From Thermodesulfobacteriota bacterium (GTDB lineage Bacteria > Desulfobacterota_D > UBA1144 > Nemesobacterales > Mycalebacteriaceae), in the NCBI GenBank assembly GCA_965226585.1, contig OZ245366.1, positions 896,001 to 960,000 on the forward strand: a stretch of DNA of 64,000 nucleotides, in the 5' to 3' direction. The position numbers and the translations under genes were made by a program. Below, one piece after another: positions 46,706 through 55,932 of this stretch (the first letter of the stretch is position 1; every line of letters begins with the position of its first letter). The notes beneath the pieces were generated by a model, which saw only the letters and a list, made by a program, of their open reading frames with translations, was not told the DNA's origin and did not search any database.

Positions 46706-48934
46706 GTGCGTAAGGCAACCCTTTTATTTCTCTGGCTCGCAACCGTTTTCGCAATAGCGGTTCCGTCTCTGCGTCCGCAGTTTGACAGCGACCTGTGGCT
46801 CTCCCGCGACCACCCTCTTGAAAAAAGCATTGATTATCTGGACAGCGAGTTTGAGCACGGGGAAGACCTTTTCCTTATGGCTCACACCGAAAAAGAGTTT
46901 TTCTCAGACCCTTCCCTGTTTTCCTCCGTTGAAGACCTTGAAGAACGGCTCTCCCTGATTCCCGGAGTTATCTCCACCCGTTCGCCGGTGTCGGCAAAAA
47001 CCGTTATCCAAAGCAAAGGGCAACTCAGAATAAGCGGCTTCAAACAGTCTCTGGAAGACGGATTTATAAAAAATTCGGAAGAATACCGGCGGCTTTTTAC
47101 AGACAGTCCCTACAACGGAAAACTCCTTTCGCTTGACGGAAAAACCTTCGCCATAAGAATGAAAGTGGACACTCGCAGACAGGCGCAAAAACGCGACACG
47201 CTTGTTGAAGCCGTCCGCTCGGAGATAAAAAATTCACCCTTTCCTTCGGCACAACTTGCCGGAGACGCGGCTTTGCAGGCGCAGATAAACGGCTCCGTTA
47301 AAAATGAACTTTTTCCCCTTCTTGCCGCTTGCGCGGCGGTTGTGTGCGTTTTTCTTTTCCTGTTTTTGCGAAACAGGTTTCAAGTCGCGGTTCTGATGAC
47401 CTGCCTCACAGTCGCGGTGGCGCAATGCATTGCGACCGTGAATCTTCTCGGGCACGCATTCACGCCCGTAAGCCTCTGCCTGCCGCTTCTTGTGTGCGTT
47501 ATCGTGATAGCGGACGGGCTTCATATTTTCGCGATATGGGACAAAGAATCCACAGGGGAAAATCCCGACCCTCTGCGCGCAACAATCAGCGCAACATGGT
47601 TTCCGTGTCTGCTTACAAGCCTCACAAGCGCGGTCGGGTTCGGCGCTTTTTTCGTCAGCAAACTTGTTCCGGTGAGCAATTTCGGAATTGATTCAATCTT
47701 CGCGATAGTCCTTTGCTATCCGGTTTTGATATCCACCGTCTGGGGTTCGCTGTTTCTGTTCCCGCGCCATTTGACACGCCCCAACCGCGCAAAGGCGGAA
47801 AGGATAACGCCGCAAGTTCTGAATCTTTACTCCTCCTTCTCGCGGCATCCCGGAAAAACCATCATTATTTTCTCTTTCCTTTGCGTAATTCTGGCGTCTT
47901 CGCTGTTATACCTGAGGACGGAGACAAACTTTCTCAACGTGCTGTTCACAAAATCAAGCCCAATAGCGCGGGCGTTCAATCTTGCCGACCGCGAACTGGG
48001 CGGCTCCGGTTCTGTTGAGGTTCTGATTGGACAGACGGATGAAGGGTTTTTCGGAAAAATTGAAAACTTCAATCGCGTGAAAAATCTTGCCGGTGTTTTC
48101 AACTCTCACACGCTTGTGAAAGACTCCGCAAGTTATCTGCTTCCGGTTGAGATAACGCACCGCCCGCTTTCAAAAGGCGGCGGCCGTTTGCCCACACGCA
48201 GTGAGGAACTCGCGCAGGAGATTCTCTTTCTTGAACTCTCTCGCGGGGAAACGGAGAAAGACATTTTAAGCCCATATCTGAACTTCAATTCATCCGCCGC
48301 GCGCGTACAGGTTCAAACCGCCAACCTCACGTCCTCAAAACTTGCCACCCTGATAGCGTTTATAAAAAAGAACTCAGCGGACATCTTCCCAAGCGCGCAA
48401 ACCGTTGTTACGGGAAGCGGCGCGTACACATTGAGTCTCAGCCGCTATGTTCTCTCAACTCAGGCGCGGAGTTTCGCCCTCACCTTTGCGGTTATAGGCG
48501 TGATTTTTGTTTTTATCTTCGGTGCGCGTCTGGGAACGGCGGGATTTATTTCCAATATGTTTCCCGTGCTTTTTTCAACGGGTCTGCTTTCTCTGCTGAA
48601 AGTGCCCTTTGATTTCGCCACAATTCTTATCGCGGGCGTAACTCTGGGATTAAGCGTGGACGACTCCATACATTTTCTGCACCATTACAAAAGAGCGCGC
48701 CGCTCCGGAAACGGACAGACGGACGATTTTATCCGCGCATCTCTTTCCATAGTCGCAAAGCCCGTTGTGATAACAAGCCTTCTGTTCTGTCTGGCGATTG
48801 CGGTGCTCTGCTCTTCAAGCCTTGTTGTGATGGTGAAGTTCTCCGTATTCACGGTTGCGGGGCTGATTGCCGCGATGGTTTCGGCTTTGGTTTTCCTGCC
48901 TTCCCTTGTGCGGATTTTTGACGGAGAAGCTTAA
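46706..48934 (+). CDS. MMPL-family RND transporter
   Basis: Two repeats of TM, periplasmic domain and TM bundle. IADGLH, LTSLTSAVGF, GLSVDDSIHF. Confidence 0.9.
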   Translation: MRKATLLFLWLATVFAIAVPSLRPQFDSDLWLSRDHPLEKSIDYLDSEFEHGEDLFLMAHTEKEFFSDPSLFSSVEDLEERLSLIPGVISTRSPVSAKTVIQSKGQLRISGFKQSLEDGFIKNSEEYRRLFTDSPYNGKLLSLDGKTFAIRMKVDTRRQAQKRDTLVEAVRSEIKNSPFPSAQLAGDAALQAQINGSVKNELFPLLAACAAVVCVFLFLFLRNRFQVAVLMTCLTVAVAQCIATVNLLGHAFTPVSLCLPLLVCVIVIADGLHIFAIWDKESTGENPDPLRATISATWFPCLLTSLTSAVGFGAFFVSKLVPVSNFGIDSIFAIVLCYPVLISTVWGSLFLFPRHLTRPNRAKAERITPQVLNLYSSFSRHPGKTIIIFSFLCVILASSLLYLRTETNFLNVLFTKSSPIARAFNLADRELGGSGSVEVLIGQTDEGFFGKIENFNRVKNLAGVFNSHTLVKDSASYLLPVEITHRPLSKGGGRLPTRSEELAQEILFLELSRGETEKDILSPYLNFNSSAARVQVQTANLTSSKLATLIAFIKKNSADIFPSAQTVVTGSGAYTLSLSRYVLSTQARSFALTFAVIGVIFVFIFGARLGTAGFISNMFPVLFSTGLLSLLKVPFDFATILIAGVTLGLSVDDSIHFLHHYKRARRSGNGQTDDFIRASLSIVAKPVVITSLLFCLAIAVLCSSSLVVMVKFSVFTVAGLIAAMVSALVFLPSLVRIFDGEA

Positions 48935-49242
48935 GCTTCGTCATCTTCTGCGCCGGAGTTGATTTTGTCCGCGCAAATCTTTGCGTCAATCATCGCGAAA
49001 GCCGTCAGCAGAAGCCCCGCTACCAGATAAGCCCAGAAAATCCCCTTGTCTTCATCGGCAATATCTTTGTCCATCGTTTGCCGGACAAAAGGTCCGTTCA
49101 GATAAGATATGAGGAAGTTCAACCCCAAAAGCGGCAGACCTTTGATGAAATTGCCGGTGTACATGTGTCCGAGACCCGGAATAATCGCCGAAAGCGTAAC
49201 AGCGAGCCACGGACGCTTTATTGTTCTGTTCACTGAGCCCAT
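48931..49242 (-). CDS. Small membrane protein
   Basis: PWLAVTLSAIIPGLGHMYTG motif with 2-3 TMs. Overlaps the trpC stop. Confidence 0.7.
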   Translation of the reverse strand: MGSVNRTIKRPWLAVTLSAIIPGLGHMYTGNFIKGLPLLGLNFLISYLNGPFVRQTMDKDIADEDKGIFWAYLVAGLLLTAFAMIDAKICADKINSGAEDDEA

Positions 49243-50027
49243 CCCCGTATCATATCAGAAAGCGCTTTTCCGGGACTTGCGGACTTCATAAAACTTTCCC
49301 CGATAAGAAACGCGGAAACCCCTGTGCGTGACAACAAAAGCATATCATTTGAAGATGTTATGCCGCTTTCTGCAACTATCACTTTATCTTTGCCAATAGC
49401 TGGCGCAAGGGTTTCAGAGACGGACAGGTCCACCTCAAAGCTCTCCAAATCCCTGTTGTTGATACCGATGACGCGCGCGCCCGCTTTAAGCGCCATTTCC
49501 ACCTCCGAATGCTTGTGAACCTCAACCAGCGGCTCCATTCCAACCGAACGGGCGATTTCAAGCAGTTCTGCAATGCTCTCAGCGTTTTTAAGGGCGGCGG
49601 CTATCAGAAGAACAGAATCCGCTCCGGCGGCTCTTGATTCGTATATCTGGTGCGGATGTATCAAAAAATCCTTTCTCAAGACGGGAATAGACGTCTCGTT
49701 TTTTACCGCCGTCAGGTGAGACAGTTTTCCTTGAAAAAACCGCTCGTCCGTCAAAACGGATATTGCCGCCGCCCCGCCCTCTTCGTACCGCCTGCCGGTT
49801 GGAGCCGGTTCAAACCGCTCCGCGATGACGCCTTTTGAAGGAGACGCTTTTTTAATCTCCGCTATCACTCGCGGCGGTTTGCCCGAAGCGAGCGCGGCGC
49901 GGAAGTCTCGCGCCGGCGGGGCTTGCTCTGCGCGGGCTTTTATTTCCGCCCCGGAAAACTGTTTTGTGAGCGCGGCGATTTCCTCTTGTTTGCGCTCAAG
50001 AATTTCTGTCAGTATGGATTGCGCCAC
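49230..50027 (-). CDS. trpC: Indole-3-glycerol phosphate synthase
   Basis: IAEIKKASPSKG, SVLTD, LRKDF, GINNRDL, AESGI. Confidence 0.96.
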   Translation of the reverse strand: MAQSILTEILERKQEEIAALTKQFSGAEIKARAEQAPPARDFRAALASGKPPRVIAEIKKASPSKGVIAERFEPAPTGRRYEEGGAAAISVLTDERFFQGKLSHLTAVKNETSIPVLRKDFLIHPHQIYESRAAGADSVLLIAAALKNAESIAELLEIARSVGMEPLVEVHKHSEVEMALKAGARVIGINNRDLESFEVDLSVSETLAPAIGKDKVIVAESGITSSNDMLLLSRTGVSAFLIGESFMKSASPGKALSDMIRGWAQ

Positions 50028-50031
50028 GGTT

Positions 50032-51069
50032 TCAGTTCTTTCCCTCTGCGGAGGAAGTTTCTATGAGTTGCCGGAATTTCGCGAGCGCGGCTCCGCTCTC
50101 AAGAGACTCTTGCGCCGAGGCAAAAGCCGCTTTCATGTCGCCATGCTGTTCCGAAACGTATATCGCGGCGGCGGCGTTCAGAAGAGCCGCGTCTTTTTTC
50201 GCTCCGCTCCGTCTGTTTTCAAGAACTGCCGTCATAATGGCGGCGTTCTCTGAGGCGTTCGCTCCGCCAAGCAGTTCTGCGGCGGGGCTTTTTTTAATTC
50301 CGAAATCTTCGGGGCTGATTGAATAATGTTTTACGCTCCCGTCAGAGCAAAGTTCCGAAACTTCGGTTTCAGCCGTAACAGTTATTTCGTCCATGCCGTC
50401 TTTTCCGTGCACAACCATACAGCGGTTCAGCCCCAGCCCTTTGCAGGTGTTGACGATTTTTTCCTTTATCTCAACAGACGGCACACCGATAACCTGTCTT
50501 TTGACAAGCGCGGGGTTTGCCATCGGACCCAGAATGTTGAACGCCGTTCTTATTCCCATCTCCTTCCGCACCGGGGCGACGTTTTTCATTGAAGGATGAA
50601 AAACCGGCGCGAAAAGAAATGTTATCCCCGCGCTTTCCAAACACTTTTTTGCCGCCCGTTCGTCCATGTCAATTTTCACTCCCGCCGCTTCAAGCACATC
50701 CGCGCTGCCGACCGGGCTTGAGACCGAGCGGTTTCCGTGTTTGGCAACCGGAACGCCCGCGCCGGCGGTTATGAAAGACGCCGTTGTGGAGATGTTGAAA
50801 GTTCCCTTTGAATCGCCCCCCGTGCCGCAGAGGTCAACGGTGTCTTCCCGCACCCCTTCTATTGTTCGCGCCCGTGAAATCATGGCTTTTACGGCTCCGG
50901 TCAGTTCTTCGGGCGTTTCGCCCTTTATTCTCATCGCGATAAGAAACGCGGCGGTTTGCGCGTGTGTGAGGTCGCCGTCCATTATCCCGCGAAAAATTTC
51001 CGCGACTGTGCCGGAGTCAAGGTTTTCTCCCGATGCAACGGCTTCAAGCAGTTTGGATATTTCAGGCAT
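50032..51069 (-). CDS. trpD: Anthranilate phosphoribosyltransferase
   Basis: DLCGTGGD..TFNIST, KHGNRSVSS..GSADVLE, FNILGP, DGMDE. Confidence 0.96.
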   Translation of the reverse strand: MPEISKLLEAVASGENLDSGTVAEIFRGIMDGDLTHAQTAAFLIAMRIKGETPEELTGAVKAMISRARTIEGVREDTVDLCGTGGDSKGTFNISTTASFITAGAGVPVAKHGNRSVSSPVGSADVLEAAGVKIDMDERAAKKCLESAGITFLFAPVFHPSMKNVAPVRKEMGIRTAFNILGPMANPALVKRQVIGVPSVEIKEKIVNTCKGLGLNRCMVVHGKDGMDEITVTAETEVSELCSDGSVKHYSISPEDFGIKKSPAAELLGGANASENAAIMTAVLENRRSGAKKDAALLNAAAAIYVSEQHGDMKAAFASAQESLESGAALAKFRQLIETSSAEGKN

Positions 51070-51505
51070 TTCGGCTTGCTTCTCCGGTTTTTATTTTATC
51101 CAGAACACCGTTTATAAAACTTCCCGATTTTTCCGTGCCGTATTTTGCCGCCATTTCCATCGCCTCGTTTATGCTGACCGCGCCGTCAATGTCTTCCATA
51201 TACAGCAGTTCGTAGACGGCAACCCTCATTATGTTTATATCCACCGGAGACATTCGCGATATTTTCCAGTTGTCCGAGCACCTCTCTATGCGGGAATCTA
51301 TCTCGCCGATGTTTTTGCAGATGCCCGAAGCAAGGTCGCGGGCGAACTCTCTGTCGGGCGGCGAGTTTTCTCCGAGCGCGTCTTTTATCCTTTCAAAATC
51401 ATCTTCGGTGAACTCCGTTACGGAGCCGGAACACAAAAGCCCGTTGGCATCGTGCTGATAAAGAAACTTGAAGGCGAACTCTCTGGAAAGCCGTCTTTTT
51501 TTCAT
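51062..51505 (-). CDS. nusB: Transcription antitermination factor NusB
   Basis: RRLSREFAFKFLYQ, W..SRMS.VD, SINEA, FINGVLD. Confidence 0.95.
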   Translation of the reverse strand: MKKRRLSREFAFKFLYQHDANGLLCSGSVTEFTEDDFERIKDALGENSPPDREFARDLASGICKNIGEIDSRIERCSDNWKISRMSPVDINIMRVAVYELLYMEDIDGAVSINEAMEMAAKYGTEKSGSFINGVLDKIKTGEASRNA

Positions 51506-51529
51506 TTGATTTGCCGCTCCACCGTGAAA

Positions 51530-51994
51530 TTAAAGGGATTTTAACAGGCTTGCCATCTCAATGGCGGACAGCGCCGCTTCCTTGCCCCTGTTTCCGGCTT
51601 TTCCGCCCGCCCTTTCTATTGCCTGCTCAAGGGTGTCTGTTGTTACAACCCCGTCCGTAACGGGAACGCCCGTTTCCGTGCCGGCGCGGCAAAGACCGCC
51701 CGAAACTTCCGAGGCGAGAAAATCAAAGTGCGAGGTCTGCCCCCGTATTATGGAGCCGATTGCTATGACCGCAGAATATTTTCCGCTCTGCGCCGCTTTT
51801 TTAACCGCGAACGGAATCTCAAACGAGCCCGGAACCTTTATAACCGTTATGTTGCGGTCAACGGCTCCGTGCCGGACGAGAGCGTCAACCGCTCCTTCAA
51901 GCAGAGGCGTTGTTACAATTGAGTTGACCCTGCTTGTTACCAAGGCAAACTTGAACTGTTTCGCGTCCATTTTTCCTTCTTTGTACTGAGGCAT
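51530..51994 (-). CDS. ribH: 6,7-dimethyl-8-ribityllumazine synthase
   Basis: VPGSFEIP, IRGQTSHFD, QAIERAG.K.GN.G. ATG 51994 with GGGAG SD. Confidence 0.95.
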   Translation of the reverse strand: MPQYKEGKMDAKQFKFALVTSRVNSIVTTPLLEGAVDALVRHGAVDRNITVIKVPGSFEIPFAVKKAAQSGKYSAVIAIGSIIRGQTSHFDFLASEVSGGLCRAGTETGVPVTDGVVTTDTLEQAIERAGGKAGNRGKEAALSAIEMASLLKSL

Positions 51995-52022
51995 TGTTTT
52001 TTCTCCCTGCTCCCGCGATTTT

Positions 52023-53258
52023 TCAGTCAACCATTGAAAGGATGTGACCGAGTTTGTCTTTCTTTACCCGCAGATAGTCTTTGTTATTTTTATTGGGCGT
52101 TATCTCTATCGGAACCCGCTTTTCTATCTTGAGCCCGAAGCCGTCAAGTCCGCTCACTTTTCGCGGGTTGTTGGTCATAAGACTCATTGTTTTAACTCCG
52201 AGGTGGCGAAGTATCTGCGCGCCTATACCGTAATCCCTGAGGTCTTTTTTGAAGCCGAGAGCCTCGTTGGCTTCGGCGGTGTCAAGCCCTTTGTCTTGAA
52301 GGCTGTACGCCTTTATCTTGTTGAGCAGACCTATGCCCCTGCCCTCCTGCCGGAGATACAGAATAACGCCCTCTCCCTTTTCGGCAACCATCTTCATCGC
52401 CTGTCTCAACTGGGGCCCGCAGTCGCAACGCATGGAGTGAAAAACATCGCTTGTAAGACACTCGGAGTGCACACGCACAAGCGTTTCTTTTGAAGACGCG
52501 ATGTCTCCCATTGAGAGCGCGAAGTGCTGTGAGCCGTCAATCTGATTGACATAGACAAAAGCGTCAAAAACCCCGAATTCTGTCGGGATTGTTGTGGACG
52601 CCTCCTGTTTGACGAAAGACTCTTTTTTCAGCCTGTAACTGATAAGGTCGGCTATTGTTGCCATCGGTATTTTGTGTTTGCTCGAGAACTCGGAAAGTTC
52701 GTTCATTCTCGCCATGTGTCCGTTGCTTTGCATTATTTCGCATATTGCCGCCGCGGGTTTAAGCCCCGCAAGCCGCGCGAGATCGACTGACGCTTCCGTG
52801 TGCCCCGCTCTCACAAGCACCCCGCCCTCTCTCGCTATGAGGGGGAACATATGCCCGGGACGGATAAAATCTGATGACTGCGAGTCTTCGGCGATGGCTT
52901 TTTCTATGGTTTTCGCGCGGTCGTAAGCGGAAATTCCCGTTGTAACGTCACTGCCTTTGGAGTCTATAGAAACCGCGAAAGCGGTGTGTTGCGAGTCGCC
53001 GTGATCGTTCTCCGGCTCCATAGCGTTTTCCGGTTCCATAAGTTTCAGCCCTATCCGGCGGGCGTTGTTATTGGTAAGGGCGAGGCAGATAAGCCCCCTT
53101 CCGTGAGTCGCCATAAAGTTTATAACTTCCGGAGTCGCGAACTCCGCGGCAATCACAAGGTCACCCTCGTTCTCTCTGTCTTGATCGTCCACAAGGATTA
53201 AAAGCCGTCCCGCTTTTATCTCCTCAATGGCTTTAGGTATGTCCGTCAGAATAGCCAT
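52023..53258 (-). CDS. ribBA: Bifunctional DHBP synthase / GTP cyclohydrolase II
   Basis: DRENEGD, PGHMFPL, RAGHTEA, RVHSECLT, RCDC, QEGRGIGL, TNNPRK. Confidence 0.97.
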   Translation of the reverse strand: MAILTDIPKAIEEIKAGRLLILVDDQDRENEGDLVIAAEFATPEVINFMATHGRGLICLALTNNNARRIGLKLMEPENAMEPENDHGDSQHTAFAVSIDSKGSDVTTGISAYDRAKTIEKAIAEDSQSSDFIRPGHMFPLIAREGGVLVRAGHTEASVDLARLAGLKPAAAICEIMQSNGHMARMNELSEFSSKHKIPMATIADLISYRLKKESFVKQEASTTIPTEFGVFDAFVYVNQIDGSQHFALSMGDIASSKETLVRVHSECLTSDVFHSMRCDCGPQLRQAMKMVAEKGEGVILYLRQEGRGIGLLNKIKAYSLQDKGLDTAEANEALGFKKDLRDYGIGAQILRHLGVKTMSLMTNNPRKVSGLDGFGLKIEKRVPIEITPNKNNKDYLRVKKDKLGHILSMVD

Positions 53259-53408
53259 TAACCGTTCTCACCCTCTGTTTATATACTCTCCTATACGGCG
53301 CGTTTGTCAACAAATTCAGCGCGTCCGGCGCGGCGGTTCCGTTTGACATTGCTCTTATCGTGTGTAGTTTTGGAGACAACCCCAAGGGATTGCGGAAGCG
53401 GAGGAAAA

Positions 53409-53567
53409 ATGTCGTTGTTTTTTACCTTGCTGAGAATCCTCTCCGAAGAGAATCTTGAAGAGATAGAGGAAGAAGAGATATTTGAAATGCTTGAGAACGA
53501 AGACTGGGCTGAAATAGAGCAGTTTATAGAACGCGAAACGGAAGTATCACCCAGACTTCTCCACTGA
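53409..53567 (+). CDS. 52-aa highly acidic hypothetical protein
   Basis: GGAGG SD before ATG 53409. Upstream TTGACA-16-TAGTTT (53343-53370). Downstream terminator. Confidence 0.65.
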   Translation: MSLFFTLLRILSEENLEEIEEEEIFEMLENEDWAEIEQFIERETEVSPRLLH

Positions 53568-53603
53568 CCGGACGCGTTTGTTTCCATTGACTGACGATTT
53601 ACG

Positions 53604-53630
53604 GAAAGCGGCATTCCGCCGTTTTCTTTT
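53604..53630 (+). terminator. Rho-independent terminator
   Basis: GAAAGCGGC-ATTCC-GCCGTTTTC followed by TTTT. Confidence 0.6.
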
Positions 53631-53655
53631 ACTTTCTTAATTTTAACGGAGCCAT

Positions 53656-53739
53656 TGCCCGGGGCCGGACTTGAACCGGCATGGGGCTGTGCCCCGAGGG
53701 ATTTTAAGTCCCTTGCGTCTACCATTTCGCCACCCGGGC
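53656..53739 (-). tRNA. tRNA-Leu (TAA), CCA not encoded
   Basis: GCCCGGGTGGCGAAATGGTAGACGC-AAGGGA-CTTAAAA-TCCCT, long variable arm, GGTTCAAGTCC. Confidence 0.96.
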
Positions 53740-53776
53740 GGCAAGATACAGGTTGGACTCAATCTATCTTGAAATA

Positions 53777-53848
53777 AGGCGGCGCCCGGAATCGAACCGG
53801 GGTATAACGGTTTTGCAGACCGTCGCCTTGCCTCTTGGCTACGCCGCC
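53777..53848 (-). tRNA. tRNA-Cys (GCA), CCA not encoded
   Basis: GGCGGCGTAGCCAAGAGGCAAGGCG-ACGGT-CTGCAAA-ACCGT...GGTTCGATTCC..CGCCGCCT. Confidence 0.96.
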
Positions 53849-53874
53849 GACTTCAGTAATTCGCCATTAGTATT

Positions 53875-54645
53875 CTACAAGGCAAGCGTCATATCAAGAG
53901 CCGCCCCTCCGCCTATCTTCACCCTGTCTCCCGAAACTTCGGTGTGAACAACCCCGCCTCTTTGTGAAATTTGCAGACCTTTCATTTTCTTTTCCCCCGT
54001 TTTCCCGCTCCAGTAAGGCGCGAGGCACGAATGCGCGGAGCCGGTAACCGGGTCTTCATCAATGCCAACACGGGGAGCAAAAAACCTTGAAACAAAATCG
54101 TATCCGTCTCTTTCGCACGCGCTTGTAACAATCACGCCTCTTGAGTCAAGCAATTTCAGTTTTTCCATATCGGGGCGCGCCTTTGCCACTTCGCCCTCGC
54201 TTTTGAGTTCAAACAGATAGTCCAAGCTGTTTCTGCCCGCATATACAACCTCCGCTCCGAGAGTCTCTTCAATCCCTTCAGGCGCGGCGCATTCTGTTTG
54301 GGGGCAGGATGGAAAATCCATTTCTATTATCTCCCCTCGCGGCTCGGCAAGCAGTTTGTGGTTTCCCGCTGAAAACCGCACCGCACCGCTGTGTCCGCCT
54401 CTGATAATCATGTGGGCGGCGGCAAGGGTGGCGTGTCCGCAGAGGGAGACTTCAGTAACTGGAGTCCACCACCTGATAAAAAAATCGTCTTTCCGTTTCA
54501 TAACAAACGCAGTTTCTGAAAAACCCGCCTTTGCCGCCGTCTCTCTCATCTTTTCATCCGCCGGGAACTCGTCAACAAAACAGACGCCCGCGGGATTTCC
54601 GAGCATTCCGTTTTCCACAAAAGCGTTCACCACAAAAACTTCCAT
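53875..54645 (-). CDS. PhzF family isomerase
   Basis: GNPAGV, SETAF, EVSLCGHATLA, RFFAP..GIDEDPVTGSAH. Confidence 0.93.
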   Translation of the reverse strand: MEVFVVNAFVENGMLGNPAGVCFVDEFPADEKMRETAAKAGFSETAFVMKRKDDFFIRWWTPVTEVSLCGHATLAAAHMIIRGGHSGAVRFSAGNHKLLAEPRGEIIEMDFPSCPQTECAAPEGIEETLGAEVVYAGRNSLDYLFELKSEGEVAKARPDMEKLKLLDSRGVIVTSACERDGYDFVSRFFAPRVGIDEDPVTGSAHSCLAPYWSGKTGEKKMKGLQISQRGGVVHTEVSGDRVKIGGGAALDMTLAL

Positions 54646-54664
54646 ATTCCTTTTTCTCCCCGCT

Positions 54665-55867
54665 TCAGTTGGCGGAGAAAGTCGCCTTGCTGTCTTGAAG
54701 AGCTTTTACGGCGCGTGTTATGCCGCCGATTGTAAGCGGAAACATTCTGTCTCCGGTAAAGTTTTTAAGCATCCCTATGGTTTGCGTGTCGCGCCATTCG
54801 TTTTCCGGAACGGGGTTCAGCCACACCATCATCGGGTATTTGTTTTTTACGCGCTCAAGCCACGTGAGTCCCGGTTCGCTGTTGTTGTGCTCAACGCTTC
54901 CGTTTCTGTAGAGAAGTTCGTAAGGAGACATTGAAGCGTCTCCGACAATTATTACCCTGTAGTCGCTGTTGTATTTGTTCAGAACTTCAAAAGTGGGAAT
55001 CGCTTCCTGCCAGCGTCTTTCGTTGTTTTTCCAGACCGCTTCGTAAACGCAGTTATGAAAATAGTAGTATTCAAGGTGTTTGAATTCGTAGCGGGCGGCG
55101 GAAAACAGTTTTGAGCAAAGTTCAATGTGGTCGTCCATTGAGCCGCCTATGTCGAAGAATATCAAAACCTTCACGTTGTTTTTTCTGTTCGGAACCATCT
55201 CAATATCCAGAAATCCGGCGTTGCGCGAGGTTTTCGCGATGGTTTTATCCATGTCAATTTCCTCTTCCGTTCCCTCGCGGGTGAGAACGCGGAGTTTTCT
55301 GAGAGCCATTTTCATGTTGCGTGTCTGGAGTTCGGCGGAGTCGTCAAGGTCTTTGAACTCTCTTTTATCCCAAACCTTCACCGCCCTTCTGTGGCGGCTT
55401 TCGTGTTGTCCGATTCGTATTCCTTCGGGGTTGTATCCGTAAGCGCCAAAAGGTGAAGTTCCGCCCGTGCCAATCCATTTGCCGCCGCCCTGATGCCGTT
55501 TTTTCTGTTCCTTCATCAACTCTTTGAGTCTTTCTATAAGTTTGTCCAGTCCGCCCATCGCTTTTATTTGCGCTTTTTCCTCGTCAGTCAGCGAGCCTTC
55601 CATTGTTTTACGCAGCCATTCATCGGGAATATTCATAAACTCTTTGTCGTCTATGTATTCAATCCCTTTGAAATACTGCCCGAAGAGGCGGTCAAACTTG
55701 TCAAGGTTTTGTTCGTGTTTAACCAGAGAGCTGCGGCTCAGGTAGTAGAAGTCGTCCACGCCGCGCTCCACCATTCCGCTGTCCAGAACATCAAGGAGCG
55801 TCAGATATTCCTTGATTGTTACGGGAAGCCCCGCGTGTCTGAGGTAGAGGAAAAAATCCAAAAACAT
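54665..55867 (-). CDS. VWA domain protein (CoxE-like MoxR partner)
   Basis: HQGGGKWIGTGGTSPFG, FDIGGSMDDH, YYFHNC, VGDASMSPYE, WLNP. Confidence 0.9.
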   Translation of the reverse strand: MFLDFFLYLRHAGLPVTIKEYLTLLDVLDSGMVERGVDDFYYLSRSSLVKHEQNLDKFDRLFGQYFKGIEYIDDKEFMNIPDEWLRKTMEGSLTDEEKAQIKAMGGLDKLIERLKELMKEQKKRHQGGGKWIGTGGTSPFGAYGYNPEGIRIGQHESRHRRAVKVWDKREFKDLDDSAELQTRNMKMALRKLRVLTREGTEEEIDMDKTIAKTSRNAGFLDIEMVPNRKNNVKVLIFFDIGGSMDDHIELCSKLFSAARYEFKHLEYYYFHNCVYEAVWKNNERRWQEAIPTFEVLNKYNSDYRVIIVGDASMSPYELLYRNGSVEHNNSEPGLTWLERVKNKYPMMVWLNPVPENEWRDTQTIGMLKNFTGDRMFPLTIGGITRAVKALQDSKATFSAN

Positions 55868-55875
55868 TTGTTTTG

Positions 55876-55884
55876 ATTATAACA
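55876..55884 (-). promoter_or_regulatory. Extended -10 promoter of the VWA gene (near-leaderless)
   Basis: TGTTATAAT on the minus strand, 8 nt before ATG 55867, no SD. Confidence 0.6.
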
Positions 55885-55932
55885 GACCTTCGCCGTTGCC
55901 GCCGCGCGGGGAATGGTTAAACTGTCTGCATT

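Noticed and set aside
50666..51544. 292-aa plus-strand ORF
   Set aside because: Antisense to trpD/nusB.
53260..53400. Possible FMN riboswitch upstream of ribBA
   Set aside because: The region is short, is occupied by divergent promoter elements, and shows no RFN consensus.
53291..53947. ORFs 53291-53725 (-) and 53753-53947 (+), and a possible tRNA-targeted island
   Set aside because: They overlap tRNA-Leu and tRNA-Cys. No integrase and no duplicated tRNA 3' end was found.
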